A stretch of DNA of 64,000 nucleotides from a phage: sequence record PX104379.1; one strand, given 5' to 3'. The position numbers were made by a program, and so were the translations under genes. The notes under the pieces are model-generated. The model made no database searches. It was not told the DNA's origin and was given only the letters and a program-made list of their open reading frames with translations. This document shows positions 8,573 through 18,203 of the stretch, one piece after another; the stretch's first letter is position 1, and each line of letters opens with the position of its first letter.

Positions 8573-10392
8573 TACTGGCTCATCCATTCTTTACGAAGAT
8601 CAGCATTATCTCCCATGAGCATTTCAAAAAGCTCTTTCCAGTTCTCAGGAAGTTTAACAACATCATATACCGGATTTTGAATCATCTCACGATATTCAGA
8701 TTTTTCCAAAGAGCCAAGTCCCTTAATATAACGGATGCTATGTTTAGGTAGAGCATCTTTAGCACTCTCATATTCAGCGACTGTATAAAACCATTCTTGT
8801 TTTTTACCGACCTGAGCGATGATTACAGGAGTTTTGACAAAGCGAATTCGTCCTTGCTCAAACAATTCTGGCCAATTACTAAAAAACCCGAGCAGAGAAG
8901 GATAAATGCTTCCTAAACCATCATGGTCAGCATCGGTCATAATAGCAATATTATGATAATTCAAGTTTTCAGCTTTTTCACCAAGAACTAATCCAGTGAT
9001 TGCGCAAATATCAAACAGTTCTTTGTTTTTAAGCATATCAGCATATGACATACCCCAACTGTTGAGAACTTTACCACGCAATGGATAACCACCATGAAGT
9101 TCTTTATCACGAACATCAATAAGATATCCGATAGCAGAATCACCCTCAGTCAAGAAAAGAGTAGTATCAGCATCTTTACCACAAAGATTCGCTTTGATAT
9201 GTTTATGAACCTTAGCTTTAGAAGCCTTTTTAGCTGCTTTAGTTTCTGCTGCTTTTTCTGCTGCCAATTTACGGGCCAAAGCAGCTTCAATAATCGGCAT
9301 TAAAATTGCTTCATTATTTAGAATAGCGCGTGAAATCTTTTTAGCATCAAGTTGAATATGACTACGAATTTCACCAAAAGGAGAAGTAAGTCGTTCTTTA
9401 GTTTGAGAATCAAATCGCATGTTTTTCATATCACGGACAAACATAACGATAGTCAAACATTCTTTAACGCGTGCTTTAGTTACATCAATTTTGAACTTAC
9501 GTTTGATTTGTGGAATAAGGTCTTCACAAATATCATCCATAACACAGTCAATGTGATGGCCACCATTCTTAGTGTGAATGTTATTCACATAAGTTAATTG
9601 GCGAAATCCATCCGGTGAACGACCAACCGCAATAGAACAATTTTCTTGTTCTTGAACAATAGCATGTTCATCATACTGTCGTGCATATTTCTTAAAATTG
9701 CCCTGAACCTTTTTACCATTAAAGGTAAATTGAATATCAGGATAAACAACAGCAAGTGTCTGGAGACGATCTAGTGTAATGTCAAGATAAACTTGGGACA
9801 GCTCATTAGTTTCAAATGACATAAAATCTGGAATGAAAGTAACACGAGTTCCTTTCCATTTTCCAGGAATAGTTTCCCAGGATTTATTTTCCATGCCATT
9901 TGAACAACGAACTACAATATTATTTTGACCATCGCCAGTTTCACCGACAAACATCACAGAAAAAATGTTAGTTAAACTAGAACCAACACCATTCATACCA
10001 CCGGTGACGCGTTCTTTATCATCACCGAAGTTACCACCTGCTTTTGGAATAGTCCAAGCAGCAACTGGACCAGGAATTTCTTCACCGGTAGGTGTTTTAA
10101 CCATCGCTTGTGGAATACCGCGACCGTTATCTTCAACTGTTACCTGATTATTTTTAATGGTAACATTAATTTTATTCGCGAATTTAAACTTAGTACGAAT
10201 ACCTTCATCGACTGAGTTATCGATAATTTCATCAATAAGCTTAACAAGACCAGGTACATACTGAACACTTTCCCATTTACCAAACAGAAAGCGCTCATGC
10301 ATTTCATTAGCAGAAGAGCCAATGTACATGCCACTACGCTTTTTGATATGTTCAATATCGCTCAGAATTTTAATTTCATTCTTAATCATCAC
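8572..10392 (-). CDS. 39: DNA topoisomerase II large subunit (GyrB-like), uninterrupted gp39 including the region that is gp60 in T4
   Basis: Single 606 aa ORF with GyrB/GHKL ATPase N-terminus; in T4 this is split into 39 and 60. Confidence 0.9.
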   Translation of the reverse strand: MMIKNEIKILSDIEHIKKRSGMYIGSSANEMHERFLFGKWESVQYVPGLVKLIDEIIDNSVDEGIRTKFKFANKINVTIKNNQVTVEDNGRGIPQAMVKTPTGEEIPGPVAAWTIPKAGGNFGDDKERVTGGMNGVGSSLTNIFSVMFVGETGDGQNNIVVRCSNGMENKSWETIPGKWKGTRVTFIPDFMSFETNELSQVYLDITLDRLQTLAVVYPDIQFTFNGKKVQGNFKKYARQYDEHAIVQEQENCSIAVGRSPDGFRQLTYVNNIHTKNGGHHIDCVMDDICEDLIPQIKRKFKIDVTKARVKECLTIVMFVRDMKNMRFDSQTKERLTSPFGEIRSHIQLDAKKISRAILNNEAILMPIIEAALARKLAAEKAAETKAAKKASKAKVHKHIKANLCGKDADTTLFLTEGDSAIGYLIDVRDKELHGGYPLRGKVLNSWGMSYADMLKNKELFDICAITGLVLGEKAENLNYHNIAIMTDADHDGLGSIYPSLLGFFSNWPELFEQGRIRFVKTPVIIAQVGKKQEWFYTVAEYESAKDALPKHSIRYIKGLGSLEKSEYREMIQNPVYDVVKLPENWKELFEMLMGDNADLRKEWMSQ

Positions 10393-10416
10393 TTATCCTC
10401 GTTTGGTTTCGGGAAT

Positions 10417-10441
10417 ATTATACTCCGGTAATCATAAAGCT
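10417..10441 (-). promoter_or_regulatory. MotA-box middle promoter for gene 39
   Basis: Minus strand AGCTTTA, 12 bp, TATAAT, then GAGGA and ATG. Confidence 0.55.
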
Positions 10442-10459
10442 AAAGGCCCGAAGGCCTTT
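10442..10459 (-). terminator. GC hairpin (UUCG loop)
   Basis: aaaggcc-cgaa-ggccttt. Confidence 0.5.
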
Positions 10460-10728
10460 TATTTAAAACGAATAGTTGAATCCTTAAAGAACAGCCCAGA
10501 ACATACTGTTCCTTCTACTTTCTGCCCGGTAGGTCCAATAGCACGAAATCCAGTATGTTGGAAATCATTTTCAGAGCAACCGAACCAGTTATATCCAGTG
10601 ATTTCAATATTAGTAAAACCACTTGAAGACAAAACTTTAGTTGCATTATCAGCATCAGTACATCCTACTAAAGACACTGCTAATACTAATGCTGCGATAG
10701 AACGATTAATATATTTCATAATTTTCAC
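10459..10728 (-). CDS. putative lipoprotein (89 aa)
   Basis: Signal peptide with lipobox LVGC. Confidence 0.55.
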   Translation of the reverse strand: MKIMKYINRSIAALVLAVSLVGCTDADNATKVLSSSGFTNIEITGYNWFGCSENDFQHTGFRAIGPTGQKVEGTVCSGLFFKDSTIRFK

Positions 10729-11096
10729 TTAAATTTAATGGCTTGAAGAAGACTAATAACTCTCAAGCGGCTTCTTTCATCTTTAACTGTAAAAGAAAGA
10801 GGATCGCCAGATTTCATAGTGATAGTGCATTCAAAATCAAAATCTTCTGTAACTTCTTCGAATAGGTCAAATTCTTCATCATAAATTAGAACATTACTCT
10901 GAAAACTGTGAAGAATTTTTCCATCATTTCCAGATGCTGTACTAATCATTGTGACATTATTACCTTTCATATCTTCAACGATAAATTCGCTTGTAGATAT
11001 TACATTACTAATAGAACCATTCCTATAAATAGCAGAAAATAGATATTTCTTTTCTTCACCTTCGCGAATGCGATATTTCTTACCGATTTTAAACAT
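10725..11096 (-). CDS. hypothetical protein (~123 aa)
   Basis: ORF track; ATG at 11096 preferred over the GTG at 11102. Confidence 0.5.
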   Translation of the reverse strand: MFKIGKKYRIREGEEKKYLFSAIYRNGSISNVISTSEFIVEDMKGNNVTMISTASGNDGKILHSFQSNVLIYDEEFDLFEEVTEDFDFECTITMKSGDPLSFTVKDERSRLRVISLLQAIKFK

Positions 11097-11098
11097 AA

Positions 11099-11275
11099 TC
11101 ACCCTTTAAGTAAGTCGTAAAAACCACCATTCACATGCTTAGGAGCAGAAGGCCGACGAGTAGACAAACGATGACATTTAGGGCAAACATCATTTTCTCG
11201 TTCAGAAATCTTTTTAATTTTTTCATATTCATGCCCACAATCTTCGGATTGGCATTTATAATCATACATTGGCAT
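11099..11275 (-). CDS. zinc-ribbon protein (58 aa), FmdB-like CxxC...CxxC
   Basis: MPMYDYKCQSEDCGHEYEKIKKISERENDVCPKCH...; not in the ORF track. Confidence 0.5.
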   Translation of the reverse strand: MPMYDYKCQSEDCGHEYEKIKKISERENDVCPKCHRLSTRRPSAPKHVNGGFYDLLKG

Positions 11276-11277
11276 AA

Positions 11278-11697
11278 TTATTCCTTAAAGTGTGCTTTCA
11301 ACATCTGATACAAGGACCATGCATGTTCATTATTTTCAATAGTAACTTTCATGACTGGGAATTCTGTGAAATCTTCTATTTGTTCTTGCTCTTTCTCTTC
11401 CTGCTCTTCAGCTGCCTGGTATGGATTTTCCACTTCATCAAAGAACACAGCTTCACTCGTTGAAAGCCAAATAAAATCTTCATCCAAAATATCTTTACCA
11501 GAAGATAACGCCAATTTTCCACTAGATGTCACAAGTTTAGTAGGACGACCAAGATAGTCAATATCTGTAACTCTAAAAGGTTCCATACCAAGACGTCGTG
11601 CATAAATTCCGTTTTCGGTATGGTCCTTGATAAAATCTTCTTGAGCTTGTTTATTTTTAAATTGATACCATTTATTAACTTCAAATTTAATAGCCAT
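11278..11697 (-). CDS. hypothetical protein (139 aa; possibly GoF-like by position and size)
   Basis: Acidic Glu/Gln-rich centre; positional argument only. Confidence 0.45.
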   Translation of the reverse strand: MAIKFEVNKWYQFKNKQAQEDFIKDHTENGIYARRLGMEPFRVTDIDYLGRPTKLVTSSGKLALSSGKDILDEDFIWLSTSEAVFFDEVENPYQAAEEQEEKEQEQIEDFTEFPVMKVTIENNEHAWSLYQMLKAHFKE

Positions 11698-11912
11698 TAA
11701 TAAGTTTCCTTCCAGTAAGTTGTGCCATCTTCAGTAATTTCACGAAATACACCGTAAATTGGTTGTTTATCACCAACCTTTTCATACACATAAACCGAAG
11801 TCAAGTGAGTAAACTTAACGGTATGTTCTTTTTGAACTACTACCAAATCTGGATCGAATAATACATCTTCAAATTCGTCATTAGTGCAATTCTGAACAAT
11901 TTTACGTTTCAT
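11697..11912 (-). CDS. hypothetical protein (71 aa; Cef-sized)
   Basis: ORF track; same size as T4 cef at a comparable position. Confidence 0.4.
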   Translation of the reverse strand: MKRKIVQNCTNDEFEDVLFDPDLVVVQKEHTVKFTHLTSVYVYEKVGDKQPIYGVFREITEDGTTYWKETY

Positions 11913-11925
11913 TACAATTTCCTCA

Positions 11926-12207
11926 TTAATTGAACAGTGGAGCGATGCGTTTCAGAAGAGTAGCAGCACCTTTAGCGAATTTTACATCATGAAAAACAGT
12001 TTCTTCTTCCGTTATAACACGAGCTTTAATGTTTTCACAATCCCAATTTTTGCGAACAATCTTCAAAAGCTGCAGTAAATCTTTACATTCAGCAATATCG
12101 ATAACACATCCACGAGAATCTTCCATTATCGCACGATAACCATAAGCCATACCGTAATCGTTGAAAGATTGCTCGATGATAATTAAGTTTTCCATTTTAT
12201 TCTCCAA
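11926..12207 (-). CDS. hypothetical protein (93 aa)
   Basis: ORF track. Confidence 0.45.
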   Translation of the reverse strand: MENKMENLIIIEQSFNDYGMAYGYRAIMEDSRGCVIDIAECKDLLQLLKIVRKNWDCENIKARVITEEETVFHDVKFAKGAATLLKRIAPLFN

Positions 12208-12302
12208 GTTGTTTTCTGTATCAGTAGTTGATATTGATATAGTACCATAATCAACTACTGATGTATATAGTTTTATGAAAAAATTTTAAACTTTATGCAA
12301 AT

Positions 12303-12722
12303 TTATGCTAAAGCTGCTTCGCACCATTTTTTAATTTGGAATTCAGGAACTACCATGAACTGGCCTGCAAAAACAATATTGTAGAGCTTGACGCCATCTT
12401 CTACCCAACGGTCCGAAATAAAACCAGCGACTTGATTCGTTGTCCATGGAGTTCCATCTGTTGCCGCCGCAATTGTGAATTTATGGTCTTTTACAACTAA
12501 AACTGAAGAACAAAGTTTCCATTTAAATGCGCTTTCTTCTGGCTCAATGAACTGACTTGAGACATAACCAATGTTACCATCAGCGTCACGAACTTTAACC
12601 TCGTTACGACCAAAAACTGGATCACTTACAGAAAGAACTTCAACCAGCTTTCCTGCAACTTTAGAACGAGAAGCAACAGATACATATACGTAATCACCAG
12701 TAGAGAGATTTACAATATTCAT
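12303..12722 (-). CDS. MotB-region paralog 1 (139 aa)
   Basis: Shares C-terminal block GFISDRWVEDGVKLYNIVFAGQF and N-terminal ASRSK.AG.LVEV with the two neighbours. Confidence 0.55.
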   Translation of the reverse strand: MNIVNLSTGDYVYVSVASRSKVAGKLVEVLSVSDPVFGRNEVKVRDADGNIGYVSSQFIEPEESAFKWKLCSSVLVVKDHKFTIAAATDGTPWTTNQVAGFISDRWVEDGVKLYNIVFAGQFMVVPEFQIKKWCEAALA

Positions 12723-12731
12723 AATAATTCC

Positions 12732-13208
12732 TTAAGCTTTACGAGGAGAAGCATAACGAGTGATTTCAGATTCTTCAACAACCCGGAAGTCACCTAAGAA
12801 TACGATATTGTATAGCTTTTTACCGTCTTCAATCCATTGGTCTGTGATGAAGCCACACATCCTATCAGTTTTACTTGGACCAGCGAAATCATCAATATAA
12901 TCGAATTCTTCATCAGTTACAAATTCAACGCCTTTACACAACGCCCATTTAAATTGTGCATTAGACTCAGTGGATTCAACTTCTTCAACAGAAGCAAAAT
13001 GAGAGCTAACACGAGTTTCCAGAAATTTAGGACTTACGTAAGCGTACTGAGTTTCAGTTTTTCCAGAACTAGGAATGATTCGAACTTTAACTTCTTTAAC
13101 ACGACCAGTACCATTAGTACGAAGTCCTACCACTTCAACTAGACGACCTGCAGCTTTAGAACGAGATGCAGATGATACACGCTTAATTTCACCAATATTA
13201 ATAATCAT
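12732..13208 (-). CDS. MotB-region paralog 2 (158 aa; likely the MotB equivalent)
   Basis: GFITDQWIEDGKKLYNIVFLGDF block; size close to T4 MotB. Confidence 0.55.
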   Translation of the reverse strand: MIINIGEIKRVSSASRSKAAGRLVEVVGLRTNGTGRVKEVKVRIIPSSGKTETQYAYVSPKFLETRVSSHFASVEEVESTESNAQFKWALCKGVEFVTDEEFDYIDDFAGPSKTDRMCGFITDQWIEDGKKLYNIVFLGDFRVVEESEITRYASPRKA

Positions 13209-13242
13209 AGTTATCTCTCACTTGTTAAAAAGATTTTATACT

Positions 13243-13272
13243 CCACGGGACCATTATACTCTGGTCCCAAGA
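13243..13272 (-). promoter_or_regulatory. T4-type early promoter with dyad symmetry around -10
   Basis: Minus strand GTTTACAaactcttgggaccagagTATAATggtccc; GGGACC/GGTCCC inverted repeat spans the -10. Confidence 0.6.
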
Positions 13273-13281
13273 GTTTGTAAA

Positions 13282-13719
13282 CTAGCTTACACGAACATTA
13301 ATCACTGCGCTGCGAGGAACTACAGAGTACTCTCCAGCATGAACTACGTTCAGAAGTTCAACACCATCTTCAATCCACTGATCAGTCACCCATCCACCCA
13401 CAGGATTCGCGAATGGACGACGAATATAAACTGCCTTACACAGCAGATCAGTTGGATCTTCAGGTTTTTCAATTTCTGTCAATAGACTAAAATCTTTTTC
13501 ATAAATAATAAGCGGTGATACCATTCCATAATAGTTTCTAATTTCAATATACATCATACCGATAAGAATTCCGCTATTAACACTAATAACAGTAAAAGGA
13601 TATCCGCCAGTTAAACCAAGAAGTTCACAAAACTTATTATGAGCTGTATTAGACAGTACCGAAAAATTCTTAATTTCATCAAATTTTTTCAATTGATAAA
13701 CAGCATTATTTTTAATCAT
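13282..13719 (-). CDS. MotB-region paralog 3 (145 aa)
   Basis: GWVTDQWIEDGVELLNVVHAGEY block. Confidence 0.5.
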   Translation of the reverse strand: MIKNNAVYQLKKFDEIKNFSVLSNTAHNKFCELLGLTGGYPFTVISVNSGILIGMMYIEIRNYYGMVSPLIIYEKDFSLLTEIEKPEDPTDLLCKAVYIRRPFANPVGGWVTDQWIEDGVELLNVVHAGEYSVVPRSAVINVRVS

Positions 13720-13729
13720 AATTTTCTCT

Positions 13730-14242
13730 TTAATCTAAGGTAATAAAGCCTTTTAATTCGGCATGGGATTTACGGAACATTACTTGGTGCCCGCCAATGA
13801 TAACTTGATCATCTGGCACTTCATAAATCGCAATGTACATTCCACGTTCTTTTAAGTCTTCACGCTCTTCTCGAGTGAACCATCTCATCATATCATATTC
13901 ACTAGAGAAAGCAAAATGATATAATGCAATAAACCACAATGGAATATAATTTTCAATTCGTGAATAATCTTTATTCCATTTAGTTTTAATAACATCATTA
14001 GCATTTTCAACTAATAACTTATCATCGTGTGGAATAGGAATACTTTCATGACTTTCATAATTATCGCTATGATGATGAAATGATGATGAATTAATACCAC
14101 AAAATTTTAACCAAGTTCGAGTTTTCATAGAATCAAATCCACGATAAGGAGTCGATTGGACGCATAACTCTTGCCTAATTTTCATTATACCACTATCATC
14201 ATTTAATGCGCTAAATGATGATTCAACACGATAAATTTTCAT
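13730..14242 (-). CDS. hypothetical protein (170 aa)
   Basis: ORF track. Confidence 0.5.
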   Translation of the reverse strand: MKIYRVESSFSALNDDSGIMKIRQELCVQSTPYRGFDSMKTRTWLKFCGINSSSFHHHSDNYESHESIPIPHDDKLLVENANDVIKTKWNKDYSRIENYIPLWFIALYHFAFSSEYDMMRWFTREEREDLKERGMYIAIYEVPDDQVIIGGHQVMFRKSHAELKGFITLD

Positions 14243-14269
14243 TTTATTATCCTCAGTAGCTATGGTGTT

Positions 14270-14299
14270 ATAGTACCATAACTAACCGAGGAAGTAAAC
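14270..14299 (-). promoter_or_regulatory. T4-type early promoter
   Basis: Minus strand GTTTACTtcctcggttagttatggTACTAT. Confidence 0.6.
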
Positions 14300-14305
14300 A
14301 ACTTT

Positions 14306-14989
14306 TTATCGTTTTGTTGGAAGAGACAGAGGATCGCATTCTTCCTCTGATGGAGCGTCTTCAAGACCCATAGCATAGCGCAAAGCATACTTCATCATCA
14401 GGATGTCTTTCGCACAGTCATGAATGGAATCATGCGCAACGAATCCATTTAAAGTTCCCTTTGGAAGAGGACACGTGGTCATATCACGAACAAGTAGAAG
14501 TGCTTCAATTCTAGTACGAATGTCGCGTTGATTCCAGAATTTACATGGTTCTAACTTAAATGTGTCAAGCTCATTCTCAGAAACGCCGTTAAGACGTTGA
14601 ATATCGCGAATGAGATCGACTAAAATTGGAAAATCAAACGACATTCCACGGCACCAGCCTTGAGATTTCCAAGGATCGATATTATGCGCATTGATGTAAT
14701 CATTAAATTTTGCAATACCATCGATAGTGCTTACATCTTCATCTGATGGTGCAATATTTTTTCTAGCTTCAGGTGATTGATTTTTCCACCATTCGATAGT
14801 GCTTTTAGTAAAAAGACGGTGTCCTTTTTGACTTTTTAAGTCAAATTTAATTTTAATGCCACGTGAAACTAATTCATCAAATGTTTCAACGACTTCTGGA
14901 TTAGGGTCAAAAGCAATTACAGCCAAATCAATAACAGCTGCTTTTTCACCGCTTCCCATTGTTTCAAAATCTATAATAAAATCAAACAT
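14306..14989 (-). CDS. dexA: DexA exonuclease A
   Basis: 227 aa as T4 DexA; DEDD-like N-terminus FDFIIDFET. Confidence 0.8.
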   Translation of the reverse strand: MFDFIIDFETMGSGEKAAVIDLAVIAFDPNPEVVETFDELVSRGIKIKFDLKSQKGHRLFTKSTIEWWKNQSPEARKNIAPSDEDVSTIDGIAKFNDYINAHNIDPWKSQGWCRGMSFDFPILVDLIRDIQRLNGVSENELDTFKLEPCKFWNQRDIRTRIEALLLVRDMTTCPLPKGTLNGFVAHDSIHDCAKDILMMKYALRYAMGLEDAPSEEECDPLSLPTKR

Positions 14990-15246
14990 TAAACTTTCCT
15001 CGCTAAATCGCGAATTTGGCCTACAGTATAGTCTTGAATATAAACTTTATTAATAGGCTCATCAATAAATTTTGCCATAGATTCAATATCTTTTTGTATC
15101 TCTTTAAGACTGTATACTATCTTTGAAGCTTTTTCGCGAATAGTAATATTTTCAGGACCTGGATTTTCTTCAATGACAGCTTTAACATTTGTCATAAGAG
15201 ATTTAAACTGGTACCAACTCAACTCAATCATTAATAATCGCCTCAT
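14989..15246 (-). CDS. hypothetical protein (85 aa), paralog of next ORF
   Basis: ORF track; similar residue pattern to 15224..15484. Confidence 0.45.
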   Translation of the reverse strand: MRRLLMIELSWYQFKSLMTNVKAVIEENPGPENITIREKASKIVYSLKEIQKDIESMAKFIDEPINKVYIQDYTVGQIRDLARKV

Positions 15247-15484
15247 AAAGATAGCTAATTTCGCCTAAAACGTAATCATTGATTGTAACAGTTTTCACTT
15301 CACCGCAAAAGAATTCTAACGCAATTAAATCTCGTTCAATTTCTTCTAATTGAAGCATCAACTTATTAGATTCAATTTTTACAGTTTCACGATTTTTACC
15401 ATGAGCAATTTCATAAATTTCGCTCACTTTATCTTGAAGCAGATAAAACTGATCTTTAGTTATTTCCACGAATAGCTTCCTCAA
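15224..15484 (-). CDS. hypothetical protein (86 aa)
   Basis: ORF track. Confidence 0.45.
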   Translation of the reverse strand: MRKLFVEITKDQFYLLQDKVSEIYEIAHGKNRETVKIESNKLMLQLEEIERDLIALEFFCGEVKTVTINDYVLGEISYLYEAIIND

Positions 15485-15716
15485 ATTTAATTAGTAATTT
15501 ACAGACACTTTCATCTAGTGTAATTACCGTATCTGTATTACTGTGATATGATTGTTTTTCAATTCGTTTAATTGCTAATATAGTATCACTTATAAGATAA
15601 AGCTTATGAAGGAGCTCAGCTCCTGTTACCATAACATCGAGATTATCTTGCTTATTAGTATGCTTCCTTATACCATCTATTAGACGATTTAAATATTTTG
15701 AATTGATGTTAATCAT
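15456..15716 (-). CDS. hypothetical protein (86 aa)
   Basis: ORF track. Confidence 0.45.
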   Translation of the reverse strand: MININSKYLNRLIDGIRKHTNKQDNLDVMVTGAELLHKLYLISDTILAIKRIEKQSYHSNTDTVITLDESVCKLLIKFEEAIRGNN

Positions 15717-15722
15717 ATAGCC

Positions 15723-17042
15723 TCACACATAAAACACATCATAACGACCACGGGTGACACCAACATAAAGAAGTTGTTGGGCCAATTCAGCATCTGCATA
15801 ATGAATACAAGGCGTATAAATGAAAGCACGGTCTACAGACATACCCTGAGCTTTATGGAATGTTGATGCAGGAAGTGCTTTCACTTTACTAAACTGTGAT
15901 TTAGCATCCCAAAAATCACTCCATGGAGCTTTTCCGCCTTTGTTCCAATTTTTATAAGTTTCTGCCGTTTTACCTAAAAATAGGTTAAACTTATACAATT
16001 CTTCATCAGATGAAATTATTTTAATCTTTTCACGATAATATTCATCATCGCCGTAAGTTTCTACTGTTAAATCCCAATGACGAATTAAGTATTCTCCAGG
16101 AACACCACGAGCTTTAACAAACGTTGATGTATACTCTGCTTCTATAATACGAACTAATTGTCCGTTATTAAAAATAATTTCTGACACAGGCTTTCCATCA
16201 ATTTTATATGTTTTAATTAATGGTTCCTGCATTACAATAATTTCACCAACAATAAAATCTTTATCAGTTTCAAAAATCTTTTTACGAATAATGCTATTTA
16301 ACTTGTCAACAGATTTATTCGTAAATGCCATTACGCGATTTTCAAACAAATCATCTAAAGATTTGACGATTGAAAAATAATTTACCATAAAATCGCGTAA
16401 AGCGGTATCACCAGTAAATCCACGTACTCCATGCCCGTCAACAACTTTATCATAAATCCACTTACCGTTACGAACATCAGTAGCTACATCAATAATAGGA
16501 GCATTACTGCGTTTAACTTCAGTAAGTTCACACTGATAAAAATCTTTGTGTGTAAAGAATGGACTGATATAAGCAGTATTTTCTCCTGGGTCAACAGGTC
16601 TAATTTGCTTATTATCGCCTATTCCAATTATAGTACACCACGGTGGGATAGTTGAAAGCAAAATTTTGAAGAGCTTTCTATCATACATTGACACTTCGTC
16701 GCAGATTAATACCCTGCATTTAGCTAAATCTGGTACTTCTTTTTGTTCAAAAAGAACGTTTTCTTCATACGTAACTGGGTTAATTTTAAGAATACTGTGA
16801 ATAGTACTCGCTTCTTTCCCCGACAGTTTTGAAAGAATCTTTTTAGCTGCATGAGTAGGAGCTGCTAAAATAATACCAGTTTCACCCGTAGATATTAAAG
16901 CTTCAATGATGAATTTTGTAAGAGTAGTCTTACCAGTACCAGCAGGTCCATTAATAGTTACATGATGTTTCTTTTCTTTAATAGCCCTCATAACGATGTT
17001 AAAGGCATTTTTCTGGCCTTCTGTCAAATCATCAAATGTCAT
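15723..17042 (-). CDS. dda: Dda DNA helicase (SF1)
   Basis: 439 aa as T4 Dda; Walker A GPAGTGKT; helicase motifs. Confidence 0.92.
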   Translation of the reverse strand: MTFDDLTEGQKNAFNIVMRAIKEKKHHVTINGPAGTGKTTLTKFIIEALISTGETGIILAAPTHAAKKILSKLSGKEASTIHSILKINPVTYEENVLFEQKEVPDLAKCRVLICDEVSMYDRKLFKILLSTIPPWCTIIGIGDNKQIRPVDPGENTAYISPFFTHKDFYQCELTEVKRSNAPIIDVATDVRNGKWIYDKVVDGHGVRGFTGDTALRDFMVNYFSIVKSLDDLFENRVMAFTNKSVDKLNSIIRKKIFETDKDFIVGEIIVMQEPLIKTYKIDGKPVSEIIFNNGQLVRIIEAEYTSTFVKARGVPGEYLIRHWDLTVETYGDDEYYREKIKIISSDEELYKFNLFLGKTAETYKNWNKGGKAPWSDFWDAKSQFSKVKALPASTFHKAQGMSVDRAFIYTPCIHYADAELAQQLLYVGVTRGRYDVFYV

Positions 17043-17350
17043 CGGAAAGTCCCTGCAATTGGAATACTAACAATACGCCCAGTATCTAGAATTCGTTGAT
17101 ATAATCTTTGTGTATCTACATCAGGCTTAACATGTTTAACTTCTATTTTATTAAACCAAAACTTGCGTGGAGTCTCAACTAGTCTTGGAATTCCCATACC
17201 TAAAGCTAGTTTATATTGGTCTTTGAGAGTAGTAAAAACTCTATCAGCAATCTCTCTTTCAAAAAATACAGCAGGACGATGTTCATCAAGTGGAACTGGC
17301 GCAGTAAATCCATCTTTGTCTCGGTAAACTATCGCATATACATAAACCAT
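17039..17350 (-). CDS. hypothetical protein (103 aa)
   Basis: ORF track; overlaps dda start by 4 nt. Confidence 0.5.
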   Translation of the reverse strand: MVYVYAIVYRDKDGFTAPVPLDEHRPAVFFEREIADRVFTTLKDQYKLALGMGIPRLVETPRKFWFNKIEVKHVKPDVDTQRLYQRILDTGRIVSIPIAGTFR

Positions 17351-17351
17351 A

Positions 17352-18122
17352 TTATCCTCGGATAAGTTTAAAAATTGAACAATTTAGCGGGTATCCTCTT
17401 TTCAGTTTAAGTTTATCAATAAAAGACAAGTTTTGATACCGCTCTACACCTTGAATAATTTTATCACACATATCATATTGCATTTCTGCTTCTGACAACT
17501 TTTTCACAATTTTCCAATCCGAGCCTTTAAGAAGAACGTTCAGTTTAACAACTTCAGCGCCTTCTGCTATGCGAGAACCATCAATACGAGCTTTAAGTGC
17601 TATAATCCTTAGCTTAATGTCAGAGGTCTGTTTTGATTTAGAAAGCTGAGAAATGTGTTCAATTCGATTTTCACGTTTTTTCTGTATAGCTTTAATTTGA
17701 TTATAAGTCTTTTTGATTTTAGCCCATTTCTTTTCATCTAAATTTAGTTTATGAACTTTTTTCGCAGATGAACGACCAATTCGCAAAGCAAATAAATCAC
17801 GCTTTTCAATCAACTCTTCTAAAGTATAATCAGAACGAAATGTATTATACTTTTTCTTTACTGCAATAACATTCCCTTTAATGTATCCAACGTTATTATC
17901 AAAACGTTCTAATGATAATTTCTCTCCTTCAATACGATTATCAAAAGGTTCTCCCGAGTAAGCGCAAACTTTCTGATCTAAAATGTTCTTAATGTAATTG
18001 AAGTCTAAGTTAAAATCTTTAGAACGTCTTTTAGCAGATGCCTGAGTGTGCTCTAAACGACGTTTAATTTTACGAATTTGATTATTAGACAGTTTCATAT
18101 TTTTCTCACATCTTACGGACAA
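17352..18122 (-). CDS. Srd-like protein (256 aa)
   Basis: Position between dda and modA as T4 srd; basic and lysine-rich. Confidence 0.45.
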   Translation of the reverse strand: MSVRCEKNMKLSNNQIRKIKRRLEHTQASAKRRSKDFNLDFNYIKNILDQKVCAYSGEPFDNRIEGEKLSLERFDNNVGYIKGNVIAVKKKYNTFRSDYTLEELIEKRDLFALRIGRSSAKKVHKLNLDEKKWAKIKKTYNQIKAIQKKRENRIEHISQLSKSKQTSDIKLRIIALKARIDGSRIAEGAEVVKLNVLLKGSDWKIVKKLSEAEMQYDMCDKIIQGVERYQNLSFIDKLKLKRGYPLNCSIFKLIRG

Positions 18123-18133
18123 TTGACTACTAT

Positions 18134-18163
18134 ACTATAACATTTTTACCTTAACTTGTAAAC
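18134..18163 (-). promoter_or_regulatory. T4-type early promoter for the srd-like gene
   Basis: Minus strand GTTTACAagttaaggtaaaaatgtTATAGT. Confidence 0.6.
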
Positions 18164-18178
18164 AACTTTATGCAAAAA

Positions 18179-18203
18179 TGCTTTAAAACTTTCGTGGTAT
18201 AAT
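18179..18203 (+). promoter_or_regulatory. plus-strand MotA-box middle-promoter-like element (TGCTTTA, 12 bp, TATAAT), antisense to modA
   Basis: Plus strand aaaaaTGCTTTAaaactttcgtggTATAATg; exact match to the middle promoter consensus, also an extended -10. Confidence 0.4.

Noticed and set aside
12210-12290. Possible early promoter upstream of 11926..12207
   Set aside because: Has the downstream cassette and a 13-bp inverted repeat but no clear GTTTAC -35, so not called as a promoter
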